Source: Fidelibacterota bacterium
GTDB lineage: Bacteria; Fidelibacterota; Marinisomatia; Marinisomatales; Marinisomataceae
Assembly: GCA_965212055.1 (NCBI GenBank)
Contig: OZ243041.1
Span: 192,001-256,000, forward strand
Direction: 5' to 3'
Length of the DNA stretch: 64,000 nucleotides
In this document: positions 20,270 through 29,749 of the stretch, piece after piece
Numbering within the stretch: the first letter of the stretch is position 1
Layout: each line of letters begins with the position of its first letter
Position numbers and translations under genes: made by a program
The notes under the pieces: model-generated
Told to the model about the DNA's origin: nothing
The model's input: the letters and a program-made list of their open reading frames with translations, nothing else
Database searches by the model: none

Positions 20270-21535
20270 ATGGGGAAACTGTATAATATATTAGCAAAAA
20301 AAATACCTGATTGGAGATACAATTATAAAAAATTGCTTGATCAAAAAGGTAATATTGTTATCGGAGATGTCACAATTGAGAAAGCTCTTTCAGGCATGCG
20401 TGGCGTCAAAGGATTAGCATGTGATACTTCATATGTGACTGCAGATGAAGGATTACACATCAGAGGTACTCACATCTTAGATCTTGTTCATATTTTACCA
20501 GAGGAAGTACTACATTTATTACTGACTGGTGATATTCCTAATAAAGCTATGTTAGCTGATTTGCAATCTGATCTTAAAAACAGAAATGAAGTTCCATCAT
20601 ATATTTGGGATATTTTAAACAATATGCCAAAAGATTCACATCCAATGGCAATGTTTAATACAGCTATCTTATCAATGCAAAAAGAAAGCCAATTTTATAA
20701 GGCATATGATGCAGGTGTATCTAAAACAAAATATTGGCACACTACATTAGAAGATAGTCTCAATATTATTGCCAAACTTCCTGCAATTGCTGCATACATA
20801 TATAGATTGCGTTTTGATAAAGGAAAACGTATTGAGTCTAATAAAGATTTGGATTGGTCAGCAGATTTCGTACATATGATGGGATTTGATTCTGATAGCG
20901 AGATGACTAAATTAATGAGGCTGTATTTAATGTTGCATTGTGATCATGAGGCTGGAAATGTGAGTGCATTTAGTGCCATGACCGTTAATTCAGCATTATC
21001 TGATCCCTATTATGCACTCTCAGCTGGTTTAAATGGTTTGGCTGGTCCACTACATGGTTTGGCAAACCAAAACTGTCTAAGATTTGTTCTATCAATTAAA
21101 GATCATTTTAAAGGTTCTCCATCTGAAGCAGATTTAAAGCAATTTATTTGGGACAGACTAAATTCAGGTAGAGTAATTCCAGGTTATGGTCACGCCGTAT
21201 TACGTTGTCCAGATCCTCGATTTACTGCTTTTATGAATTTTGGTAAAGAACATGTTACTGATGATGAAATATTTGATATTGTAAATAAATTATTCAAGAT
21301 AGTTCCACCGGTTCTTAAAGAACATGGTAAGGCAAAAAACCCATGGCCAAATGTTGATGCCGCTTCAGGTGCCCTTTTACATCATTATGGTCTCAAAGAA
21401 TTTGAATTCTATACAGTATTATTTAGCATCTCTCGTTCATTGGGTATTACATCCCAAATGGTTCTCAATAGAGCTTTAGGAATGCCATTAATAAGACCAA
21501 AGTCACTACCTTTTGATGTATTAAATAGTTATTAA
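20270..21535 (+). CDS. gltA: Citrate (Si)-synthase, eukaryote/mitochondrial-like type
   Basis: H.DHE.GNVSA, GLAGPLHGLANQ, IPGYGHAVLR, KNPWPNVDA. Confidence 0.92.
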   Translation: MGKLYNILAKKIPDWRYNYKKLLDQKGNIVIGDVTIEKALSGMRGVKGLACDTSYVTADEGLHIRGTHILDLVHILPEEVLHLLLTGDIPNKAMLADLQSDLKNRNEVPSYIWDILNNMPKDSHPMAMFNTAILSMQKESQFYKAYDAGVSKTKYWHTTLEDSLNIIAKLPAIAAYIYRLRFDKGKRIESNKDLDWSADFVHMMGFDSDSEMTKLMRLYLMLHCDHEAGNVSAFSAMTVNSALSDPYYALSAGLNGLAGPLHGLANQNCLRFVLSIKDHFKGSPSEADLKQFIWDRLNSGRVIPGYGHAVLRCPDPRFTAFMNFGKEHVTDDEIFDIVNKLFKIVPPVLKEHGKAKNPWPNVDAASGALLHHYGLKEFEFYTVLFSISRSLGITSQMVLNRALGMPLIRPKSLPFDVLNSY

Positions 21536-22171
21536 ATGCTTAAAAAAGATAAAGTTGATTTTATCATACAGAAACTTGATGAAATCTATCCTGATGTTTC
21601 TCCTCCTTTAAAACACAACGATACTTATACGTTACTTATTGCTGTACTATTGTCAGCAAATACAACTGATAAATCTGTTAATCGTGTGACCCCAAGATTA
21701 TTTAAAAAAGCAAACACACCTAAGAAAATGTCACAATTAGATTATGAAACCATATACAACATTATTAAGCCATGTGGGTTAGGGCCTGCAAAAGCAAAAG
21801 CAATCTTAGAATTATCTAAAATTTTAGTTAAAAAATATAACAGTAAAATTCCTGCAAGTTTTGAGGATCTCGAATCTTTTCCTGGGGTAGGACATAAGAC
21901 GGCGTCCGTCGTAATGTCACAAGCATTTGGTATTCCTGCATTTCCAGTGGATACCCATGTTCACCGATTAATGTATCGATGGGGATTATCTTCTGGTAGA
22001 AATGTCCAAGATACAGAGAAACAAGCAAAAAGGTTATTTCCAAAGAACAAATGGAATAAATTACATTTACAAATTGTTTTTTACGGAAGAGAGTATTGCC
22101 CAGCTAAGAATTTTAATGTTAATAATTGTCCAATTACTTCAGTAGTTGGAAGAAGATCTTTATTTAAATAA
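21536..22171 (+). CDS. nth: Endonuclease III
   Basis: LLIAVLLSA.TTD, HhH FPGVGHKTA, PVDTHV.R. Confidence 0.93.
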   Translation: MLKKDKVDFIIQKLDEIYPDVSPPLKHNDTYTLLIAVLLSANTTDKSVNRVTPRLFKKANTPKKMSQLDYETIYNIIKPCGLGPAKAKAILELSKILVKKYNSKIPASFEDLESFPGVGHKTASVVMSQAFGIPAFPVDTHVHRLMYRWGLSSGRNVQDTEKQAKRLFPKNKWNKLHLQIVFYGREYCPAKNFNVNNCPITSVVGRRSLFK

Positions 22172-22184
22172 ATTAATAACCGCT

Positions 22185-22604
22185 ATGACTAGTAATAATA
22201 CATATCTAACAAAAGTTTTTCATTTTTGTGCAGCCCATAAATATGGAAATTCCGAATGGTCTGATGAAAAAAATATAGAAGTTTTTGGAAAAGATTTTCG
22301 GGTACACGGGCATAATTATACATTACATGTGACAGTAAAAGGAGAATTAAATCCTGATACAGGATTTATTGTTGAATTAGAAGATTTAAAAAGGATAGTA
22401 AAAGAACATGTAATTTCAAAATTAGACCATTCTCAATTTGAAAAAGATATATCTTGGTTTAAAGGAAAGCAACCTTCTACAGAAAACCTAGTTGTTTTTA
22501 TATGGGAATCTATTGCACCGCATCTGGAAGACTGTGCATTGCATCGTATACGCCTAGTAGAGACTCCAACAATTTATACTGACTATTATGGACCATCGTC
22601 ATGA
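22185..22604 (+). CDS. 6-pyruvoyl-tetrahydropterin synthase/QueD-family paralog (Asp at catalytic Cys position)
   Basis: F.AAH, FGKDFRVHGHNY, LDH, STENL, L.ET; start reassigned to ATG 22185. Confidence 0.85.
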   Translation: MTSNNTYLTKVFHFCAAHKYGNSEWSDEKNIEVFGKDFRVHGHNYTLHVTVKGELNPDTGFIVELEDLKRIVKEHVISKLDHSQFEKDISWFKGKQPSTENLVVFIWESIAPHLEDCALHRIRLVETPTIYTDYYGPSS

Positions 22605-23293
22605 CTATTTTTCAAGAAAGATTCTATATGATACTGACAGCAATTTTTATTGCTTCTTTGGTAACTTGTAATCTTATTTTTCTGAAATTTTTTACATGGC
22701 CTGCATTAGGAATTCCAAATTTTGCTCTGTCTGTTGGTATTATTGCTTATCCAGTTACTTTTATTGTCACAGATTTAATATCAGAGCTCTATGGGAAGCG
22801 AAGAGCAAATCAAGTTGTTCTGGCTGGATTTTTTGCTAGTATTTTTACTGTGGTATTGGTTTATGTGGCTATGGTAGTTCCAATTGCCCCTCCATCACCA
22901 CTATTGCCAGAGGGATCACCTGTGGATCAGGCTACATTTGAACAAGTATTTGGTTTATCAGGTGCTGCATTTTTTGGATCTATGGTTGCTTATTTAACTG
23001 CTCAGTTTATTGATATAAGAATTTTTCATTTTTGGAAAAGATTAACAGAGGGTAAATATTTATGGTTGCGTAATAATGCATCAACGATGTGTTCTCAGCT
23101 TGTTGATACATCAGTAGTTTTATTCATTCTTTGTTCTGCTGGAGTAATTCCTTGGGGAAATTTTTATGCATTGTTATGGATGGGCTGGATGTTCAAAGTG
23201 TTGGTAGCGCTTATTGATACTCCAATTATTTATTTTTGTATTTGGTTATTAAGAGATAAAATACAGCCAGTGAATCATTTAGAGGAAAATTGA
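22601..23293 (+). CDS. yhhQ: Queuosine precursor transporter (YhhQ/VUT family)
   Basis: YP.TF..TD.ISELYG, AY..AQF.DI.IFH, WLRNN.ST..SQLVDT, DTP. Confidence 0.9.
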   Translation: MTIFQERFYMILTAIFIASLVTCNLIFLKFFTWPALGIPNFALSVGIIAYPVTFIVTDLISELYGKRRANQVVLAGFFASIFTVVLVYVAMVVPIAPPSPLLPEGSPVDQATFEQVFGLSGAAFFGSMVAYLTAQFIDIRIFHFWKRLTEGKYLWLRNNASTMCSQLVDTSVVLFILCSAGVIPWGNFYALLWMGWMFKVLVALIDTPIIYFCIWLLRDKIQPVNHLEEN

Positions 23294-23868
23294 TGTCAGA
23301 TAAAGAGAAAAAAAGATTAGAAGAAATTACCAAAGAATTACTAGGGCTAATCGGAGAAGATTCTACACGCCAAGGGTTAATTAAAACTCCAAAAAGAGTA
23401 GCAGAATCTTGGAAGTTTTTGTCTCAAGGATATCATCAAAATCTAGATGAGATTATTAACGAAGCAATCTTTGATGAGTCTGCGAAGGATATGATTATTG
23501 TAAAAGATATCGAATTTTATAGCCTATGTGAACATCATTTGATACCATTTTATGGTAAAGCACATGTTGGCTATATTCCTAATGGAAAAATTATCGGGTT
23601 ATCAAAGATTCCAAGGATTATTGATTTTTATGCACGTAGATTACAAGTCCAAGAAAGGCTAACCAATCAAATTGCAACTTGTATTCAAGATTTGTTAAAT
23701 CCAAAAGGTGTTGCAGTAATTATGGAAGGAAGGCATTTTTGTATGTTAATGCGTGGAGTGCAAAAACAAAATAGTATTGCATCAACTAGCTCAATGTTAG
23801 GTGCATTTAAAGATCAATCAACCACAAGAAATGAATTTTTAAAACTTGTTGAAGTAAATAAGATATAA
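23293..23868 (+). CDS. folE: GTP cyclohydrolase I
   Basis: [41 protein letters not shown]. Confidence 0.97.
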   Translation: MSDKEKKRLEEITKELLGLIGEDSTRQGLIKTPKRVAESWKFLSQGYHQNLDEIINEAIFDESAKDMIIVKDIEFYSLCEHHLIPFYGKAHVGYIPNGKIIGLSKIPRIIDFYARRLQVQERLTNQIATCIQDLLNPKGVAVIMEGRHFCMLMRGVQKQNSIASTSSMLGAFKDQSTTRNEFLKLVEVNKI

Positions 23869-23872
23869 TATC

Positions 23873-25171
23873 ATGAATAATTATGATTTAGCTATTTTAG
23901 GAGGAGGCCCTGGCGGTTACAGCGCTGCATTTCGTGCTGCAGAGCTTGGAAAAAAGGTAGCCATCATTGATGATAATAATTTGGGAGGAGTTTGTCTTAA
24001 CTGGGGATGTATTCCAACAAAATCTTTGTTAAAAAATGCAGAAGTTATGGATCTTATCAATTCCTCTTCTGACTATGGAATTTCTGTAAAAGATATTCAA
24101 GTGAATTTTGATTTTATTGTACAAAGAAGTATTAAAGCGAGGGAAAGACTATCAAAAGGTATTCATTATTTGGCGAAGAAAAATCAAGTAGATTTTTATT
24201 CTGGTTTTGGAAAATTTGTCGATAATAAAACAGTTGATATAAATGGTGCTCAAATAAGTGCTCAAAATTTTATTATTGCCACTGGATCTAAACCAAAATC
24301 ATTATCAAATATTAATTCTAATTCAGACAAGATTGTATATTCGAAAGATATTTTTTCAATGGATACATTACCTGCATCTCTTACCATTATTGGTGCAGGG
24401 GCAATTGGTGCAGAATTTGCTTATTTCTTTAGCAGTTTTGGTACGGAAGTTACTTTAATTGAAGCAGAAGATAGAATTTTACCAAATGAAGATAAAGAGA
24501 TATCAATATGGCTTGAAAAAGCTTTTAAGAAAAGAAAAATTAATATTTTAACCAGTACTATCGCAGAAAATATTGATGATGAAAAAATACTAATCTCTGT
24601 TGGTGTAGAAGGAAATTCTTCAGGTTTTGGTTTAAAGAATCTAGGTGTTGAAGTAACGGATAATGGTCATATCAAAGTTGATCAACATGGAAAGACTAAC
24701 GTTGACAATATTTATGCAGTTGGAGACGTGATTGGTCCACCATGGCTTGCTCATGTTGCTACTGCTGAAGGACTCTATGTTGCTGAATTATTATGTGACT
24801 TAACTCCAACAAAAATTGATTATAATAGTATTCCAAATTGTACTTATTGTAAACCTGAAGTGGCTTCTATTGGAAGCACCGAAGAATCTTTACTAGAACA
24901 GTCAGTGAATTTTAAAAAAGCTCATTCTTTCTTTAATGCAAATGGAAAAGCTGTTGCTGTTGGATCTACGGATGGTTTTATTAAAATTTTGGTGGATGAT
25001 TCAAATCATATATTAGGTGCTCATATTGTCGGATCTAATGCAACCGAAATGATTTCTGAAATTAGTGTAATTAAATCCAATAATCTTACCATTGATAATG
25101 TATTATCATCTATCCATCCACATCCGACTTTTTCTGAAGCAATTTTTGAAACATTACTCCAATTGAAATAA
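23873..25171 (+). CDS. lpdA: Dihydrolipoyl dehydrogenase
   Basis: GGGPGG, GGVCLNWGCIPTK redox disulfide, GAGAIG, HPHPTFSE. Confidence 0.95.
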   Translation: MNNYDLAILGGGPGGYSAAFRAAELGKKVAIIDDNNLGGVCLNWGCIPTKSLLKNAEVMDLINSSSDYGISVKDIQVNFDFIVQRSIKARERLSKGIHYLAKKNQVDFYSGFGKFVDNKTVDINGAQISAQNFIIATGSKPKSLSNINSNSDKIVYSKDIFSMDTLPASLTIIGAGAIGAEFAYFFSSFGTEVTLIEAEDRILPNEDKEISIWLEKAFKKRKINILTSTIAENIDDEKILISVGVEGNSSGFGLKNLGVEVTDNGHIKVDQHGKTNVDNIYAVGDVIGPPWLAHVATAEGLYVAELLCDLTPTKIDYNSIPNCTYCKPEVASIGSTEESLLEQSVNFKKAHSFFNANGKAVAVGSTDGFIKILVDDSNHILGAHIVGSNATEMISEISVIKSNNLTIDNVLSSIHPHPTFSEAIFETLLQLK

Positions 25172-25780
25172 ATGGATTTTGTAGTTAAAGATTTAGGATT
25201 ATGTGATTATAACAAAGCACTATTAAATCAAAACAATACCAAAACAGATTTAGTCAATAATTCAGGTAAAGATACCTTATTTTTATTAGAACATAATCAT
25301 ACCTATACATTGGGTAAAAATGCAAATCCTAACAATGTTCTAAGTCAAAATTGTGAGCTTTTCCAAACTGATAGAGGAGGAGATGTAACATACCATGGTC
25401 CAGGACAGTTAGTTGGTTATCCTATCATTCACCTAAAGAAAATGGGGTTAGGCATTAAATCATATGTTTCTAAAATTGAAATATTATTAATTCGTATCTT
25501 AAATGATTATGATATTGTTGCTTCTACTAAAGAAGGGTTAACAGGAGTATGGGTTGATGATAGAAAAATTGCTAGTATTGGGATTCGTGTTTCTCAATGG
25601 GTGACAACACATGGATTCTCATTAAATGTCAATACTGATATGAGTTATTTTTCTAATATTATTTCATGTGGAATTGATAACGTCGCAATGACATCTATGG
25701 AACAAGAATTAGCAGGAAAAATCTCGATGGATGATGTTAAAGAATCCACAATTGTCCATTTTAACCAATTATTTAAATAA
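25172..25780 (+). CDS. lipB: Lipoyl(octanoyl) transferase
   Basis: LEH..TYTLG, DRGGDVTYHGPGQLVGY, KIASIG, HGFSLN. Confidence 0.96.
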   Translation: MDFVVKDLGLCDYNKALLNQNNTKTDLVNNSGKDTLFLLEHNHTYTLGKNANPNNVLSQNCELFQTDRGGDVTYHGPGQLVGYPIIHLKKMGLGIKSYVSKIEILLIRILNDYDIVASTKEGLTGVWVDDRKIASIGIRVSQWVTTHGFSLNVNTDMSYFSNIISCGIDNVAMTSMEQELAGKISMDDVKESTIVHFNQLFK

Positions 25781-26646
25781 TGATTCAATCAAGATTACAT
25801 AAACCAAAGATTAATATTATTACTGACAAAAATTATAAGATAGTCAGAAAAATAGTCCATGAAAGTTATCTAAATACTGTATGTGCCGAAGCAAGGTGCC
25901 CCAATATCTATGAATGTTGGAATAGAAAAACGGCCACCCTAATGATTCTTGGTGATACTTGTACTCGAGCTTGTGGATTTTGTTCTGTAAAAACTGGTAA
26001 ACCTACATGGAACGATCCAATGGAACCATATCGAGTTGCCCATGCAGTAAAAAAAATGAATTTAAGACACGTAGTTATTACTTCAGTAGATCGCGATGAT
26101 CTTAAAAATGATTACGGGTCAAAGATATGGGCACAAACTATTGCAGAAATAAGAAAACTCAATCCAAAATGTACAATTGAAGTGCTTACACCAGATTTTA
26201 AAGGACATAAAGAATCGTTAAGAAGAGTTTTTGCAGCAGATCCAGATATTTTTAGTCATAATATTGAGTGTGTTGAAAGAATTAGCAAACAAGTACGAGC
26301 TCAAGCAGACTGGAATAGATCATTATCCGTTCTAAAAGAATCTATTCAGTATGGTTTGCGCACAAAAACTGGATTAATGGTCGGATTGGGTGAAACCAAA
26401 CAAGAAGTAAAAGATACCATGAAACAAATTGTTGATTTAGGTGTTCAGATTTTTACAATTGGTCAGTATTTGCAACCCACCAAGAAACATCTAACCGTGC
26501 AAGAATATGTTTCTAAAGAACAGTTTGCAGATTACAAAGAATTTGGAAAAAATATAGGGTTTCAGATTATTGAATCTGGCCCATTAGTGCGAAGTTCATA
26601 TCGTGCAGATGAACAAGCAAGAGCGATTTTTAATAAAAATGAATAG
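25780..26646 (+). CDS. lipA: Lipoyl synthase
   Basis: C.EA.CPNI.EC, CTRACGFC, VRSSY. Confidence 0.97.
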   Translation: MIQSRLHKPKINIITDKNYKIVRKIVHESYLNTVCAEARCPNIYECWNRKTATLMILGDTCTRACGFCSVKTGKPTWNDPMEPYRVAHAVKKMNLRHVVITSVDRDDLKNDYGSKIWAQTIAEIRKLNPKCTIEVLTPDFKGHKESLRRVFAADPDIFSHNIECVERISKQVRAQADWNRSLSVLKESIQYGLRTKTGLMVGLGETKQEVKDTMKQIVDLGVQIFTIGQYLQPTKKHLTVQEYVSKEQFADYKEFGKNIGFQIIESGPLVRSSYRADEQARAIFNKNE

Positions 26647-27187
26647 AATACTAACTTATAGCATCATTCTTGGATTGTGTTTTTTCATCTCTTATCTATC
26701 AATCAATGGTACCAATGCTATTGCTCAGAGGGATAGTGTTAGAAATATTTCTTATAAACTCCCTGATACTTGGAATGCAGTAGAATCAGAAGAACAAATC
26801 AGGTTTCTTGAAATTACTCTAAATACAAACGAAGATTTTTCATTAGTCTTATTTGGTAATATTGGAGGGACTGCGGATCAAAATATTGAACGCTGGATTA
26901 ACCAATTCAAAAAAGACGACTCTTTTAACCAAAAAAATATTATTGTTGAAAGAGATAGTTTAGATAATAAATATATTACATTATTGGAAATGTATGGTAA
27001 TTATGAAGTCCCTAATATGGGAAATCCTTCCCAAGAAAAAACTCTTAAAAATAATTATGGTTTGCTTGGTGGAGTGATTGAATTTCCGAATAGCCTCTAT
27101 TTCGTGAAAGCGGTTGGGTTAAATAGTGCAATAAGTAGTAATAAAGACAATTTTGAGAAATTTGTTTATTCAATTAGACTAAATTAG
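26639..27187 (+). CDS. Conserved hypothetical exported protein
   Basis: N-terminal TM/signal; GG...N..RW..QF motif; start reassigned to ATG 26639. Confidence 0.6.
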   Translation: MNRILTYSIILGLCFFISYLSINGTNAIAQRDSVRNISYKLPDTWNAVESEEQIRFLEITLNTNEDFSLVLFGNIGGTADQNIERWINQFKKDDSFNQKNIIVERDSLDNKYITLLEMYGNYEVPNMGNPSQEKTLKNNYGLLGGVIEFPNSLYFVKAVGLNSAISSNKDNFEKFVYSIRLN

Positions 27188-27253
27188 CATACTTATCAGT
27201 CATTTTGGCATATTTTTTATAGATTAAAGCTTTTTTAGGTTAAATTTATAGTA

Positions 27254-27269
27254 AGGCACGGTTTTTGCA
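27254..27269 (+). promoter_or_regulatory. Putative sigma-54 (-24/-12) promoter upstream of lon
   Basis: AGGCACGGTTTTTGCA: GG-N10-GC with GGCACG and TTGC consensus, about 20 nt before lon ATG. Confidence 0.6.
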
Positions 27270-27288
27270 ACAATAGAATTAAAGAAAA

Positions 27289-29628
27289 ATGGAAAATATA
27301 CAAAAACAATATCCGATAATGCCATTGAGGAATACAGTGTTATTCCCTCAACAAGTTATTCCTATATATGTTGGTAGAGAGAAATCATTAAAACTGATTG
27401 AAGATTTAGAGCCAGATAATAAATATCTTGTTGTTGTTGCACAGCAAGATGGTTCTATAGAAGATCCAAAACAAGAAGATTTATATTCTTATGGAACTCT
27501 AGCACTTGTTTTAAAAGTTTTTGATATGCCGGACAATAGTAAATCTGCCATTGTTCAAGGTGTAGATAGAGTAAAGATTTTAAAGTATCAAGAAAGTGAT
27601 TCTTATTTTCTTGCTGATGTTGAAAGGATTCCTGAATCAATTACTTCCCCTGATGTTGAAATTGAAGCATTAGCTAAAAGTTTAAAAAGTTCATTTACAG
27701 AATTAATTAAGATTTCACCAAATTTAAATGAAGAGCATGCGGGTATGTTATCTAATATTGATCGTCCTTCTCGTTTGGCAGATCGTGCGACTTCTCTTTT
27801 ATCCGTTTCTAATTCAGAAAAACAAGAAGTTTTGGAAGAATTAGATATAAGAAAACGTGTTGAGAATGCCATTAATCTTCTTCAAAGAGAAATTCAACGT
27901 ATTAAGCTTGGTGAAGAAATTCAAACAGAAGTGCAGGATGAGATTTCAAAGACTCAAAGGGAATATTACCTAAGAGAGCAAATGAAAACTATCCAGAAAG
28001 AGCTTGGCGAAGATAATCAAACAGTTGAGCTTGATGAATTGAAGGCAAAAATAGCTGATGCAAAGATGACTGCGGAAGCTGAAAAAGTTGCTAATAAAGA
28101 ATTAGATCGTTTATCACGTATTTCTCCGCAATCTCCAGAATATTCTGTGGCGAGAACTTATTTAGAATGGTTAACAGATCTTCCATGGAGTAAATCCAGT
28201 AAAGACAATTTAAATATAGAAGCAGCACACAAGACTTTAGATGAAGATCATTATGGATTAACAAAAGTTAAAGAACGTGTATTAGAATATTTAGCAGTGA
28301 GAGCTCTCAAGAAAAAAGTTGCAAAAAATGATTCAGTTAAAGGACCAATTTTATGTTTTACAGGTCCTCCTGGAGTAGGTAAAACTTCATTGGGTCGATC
28401 TATTGCGAAATCTATGGGCAGAGAATTTGTTCGTATATCGTTAGGCGGTGTTCGAGATGAAGCAGAAATTAGAGGACATAGACGAACTTATATTGGTGCA
28501 CTTCCTGGAAGAATTATCCAGTCACTAAAGAAAGCTAAAACCAATAATCCAGTTTTCATGTTGGATGAAATTGATAAACTTGGTTCAGATTTTAGAGGAG
28601 ATCCATCTTCTGCAATGCTTGAAGTATTAGATCCAGAACAAAATCATGCCTTTAGCGATCATTATCTAGAAGTAGACTTTGATTTAAGTAAGGTAATGTT
28701 TATTTCCACAGCAAATTATGCAGATAACATTCCCCCTGCACTATATGATAGAATGGAAATGTTAGATTTCAGAGGATATATTGATGATGAAAAGGTAAAA
28801 ATTGCTCAGAAACATCTTATTCCAAAACAAATTGTAGAGAATGGATTAACTACAAAACAAGCTAAGTTTACTGAGAGCGGTATCAAGGAAGTTGTGCGAT
28901 CTTATACAAGAGAATCTGGTGTAAGAAGTTTAGAACGAGAAATTGCAAATGTATTACGAAAAGTTGCAGTTGATATTGTAAACAAAAAGCTAAAAACCAT
29001 TAGTCTTACAAATAAAAAAGTTAATCATTATTTAGGCATTCCTAAATTTTATACAGACTTGGCAGAACGTACCACTAAACCTGGTGTAGTAACAGGAATG
29101 GCATGGACTGCTGCTGGTGGAGATATTCTTTTTATTGAAGCTAGTAAAATGTCAGGAAAAGGAAATCTAACTTTAACAGGTCAGTTAGGGGATGTGATGA
29201 AAGAATCAGCCACTGCTGCACTTACTTACGTTAGATCTCATACTGATATTTTAGGGTTAAAAGATGATTTTAACCAAAAAATGGACATCCATGTTCATGT
29301 TCCAGCAGGAGCCATTCCAAAAGATGGTCCATCTGCTGGAGTAGGCATGTTTACTGCCTTAGTATCCTTGTTGAAAAACAAACCAGTTGCAAGTGGTGTA
29401 GCTATGACTGGTGAAATTACACTACGAGGAAATGTTTTACCAATTGGAGGCGTAAAAGAAAAAGTAACTTCCGCTCATCGTTCTGGTGTTAGAACCATTA
29501 TCTTACCACATCGTAATCAAAGAGATCTTGAAGAAATTCCAGATCACATTAAAAAAGATTTAACATTCCACTTTGCCAAAGAAGTAATGGATGTCATTGA
29601 TGTCGCCATTCCTGACTTGAAGAAGTAA
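27289..29628 (+). CDS. lon: ATP-dependent Lon protease
   Basis: PLRNTVLFP, GPPGVGKTS, LDEIDK, PKDGPSAG catalytic Ser, GGVKEK. Confidence 0.98.
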   Translation: MENIQKQYPIMPLRNTVLFPQQVIPIYVGREKSLKLIEDLEPDNKYLVVVAQQDGSIEDPKQEDLYSYGTLALVLKVFDMPDNSKSAIVQGVDRVKILKYQESDSYFLADVERIPESITSPDVEIEALAKSLKSSFTELIKISPNLNEEHAGMLSNIDRPSRLADRATSLLSVSNSEKQEVLEELDIRKRVENAINLLQREIQRIKLGEEIQTEVQDEISKTQREYYLREQMKTIQKELGEDNQTVELDELKAKIADAKMTAEAEKVANKELDRLSRISPQSPEYSVARTYLEWLTDLPWSKSSKDNLNIEAAHKTLDEDHYGLTKVKERVLEYLAVRALKKKVAKNDSVKGPILCFTGPPGVGKTSLGRSIAKSMGREFVRISLGGVRDEAEIRGHRRTYIGALPGRIIQSLKKAKTNNPVFMLDEIDKLGSDFRGDPSSAMLEVLDPEQNHAFSDHYLEVDFDLSKVMFISTANYADNIPPALYDRMEMLDFRGYIDDEKVKIAQKHLIPKQIVENGLTTKQAKFTESGIKEVVRSYTRESGVRSLEREIANVLRKVAVDIVNKKLKTISLTNKKVNHYLGIPKFYTDLAERTTKPGVVTGMAWTAAGGDILFIEASKMSGKGNLTLTGQLGDVMKESATAALTYVRSHTDILGLKDDFNQKMDIHVHVPAGAIPKDGPSAGVGMFTALVSLLKNKPVASGVAMTGEITLRGNVLPIGGVKEKVTSAHRSGVRTIILPHRNQRDLEEIPDHIKKDLTFHFAKEVMDVIDVAIPDLKK

Positions 29629-29672
29629 GTTGTTGAATTATTAACCCTATCCATTTAAGTTAACGAACTTTC

Positions 29673-29746
29673 GGGCGATTAACTCAGCTGGTCAGAGTGC
29701 CTGCTTTACACGCAGGAGGTCGGGAGTTCAAATCTCTCATCGCCCC
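29673..29746 (+). tRNA. tRNA-Val(TAC)
   Basis: GGGCGAT/ATCGCCC acceptor, CCTGC-TTTACAC-GCAGG anticodon arm, GGGAG-TTCAAAT-CTCTC T arm; base 73 reads C rather than A. Confidence 0.93.
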
Positions 29747-29749
29747 AGG

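Noticed and set aside
27184..27210. CIRCE element upstream of lon (starts TTAGCA)
   Set aside because: Right arm GAGTGCTAA is absent.
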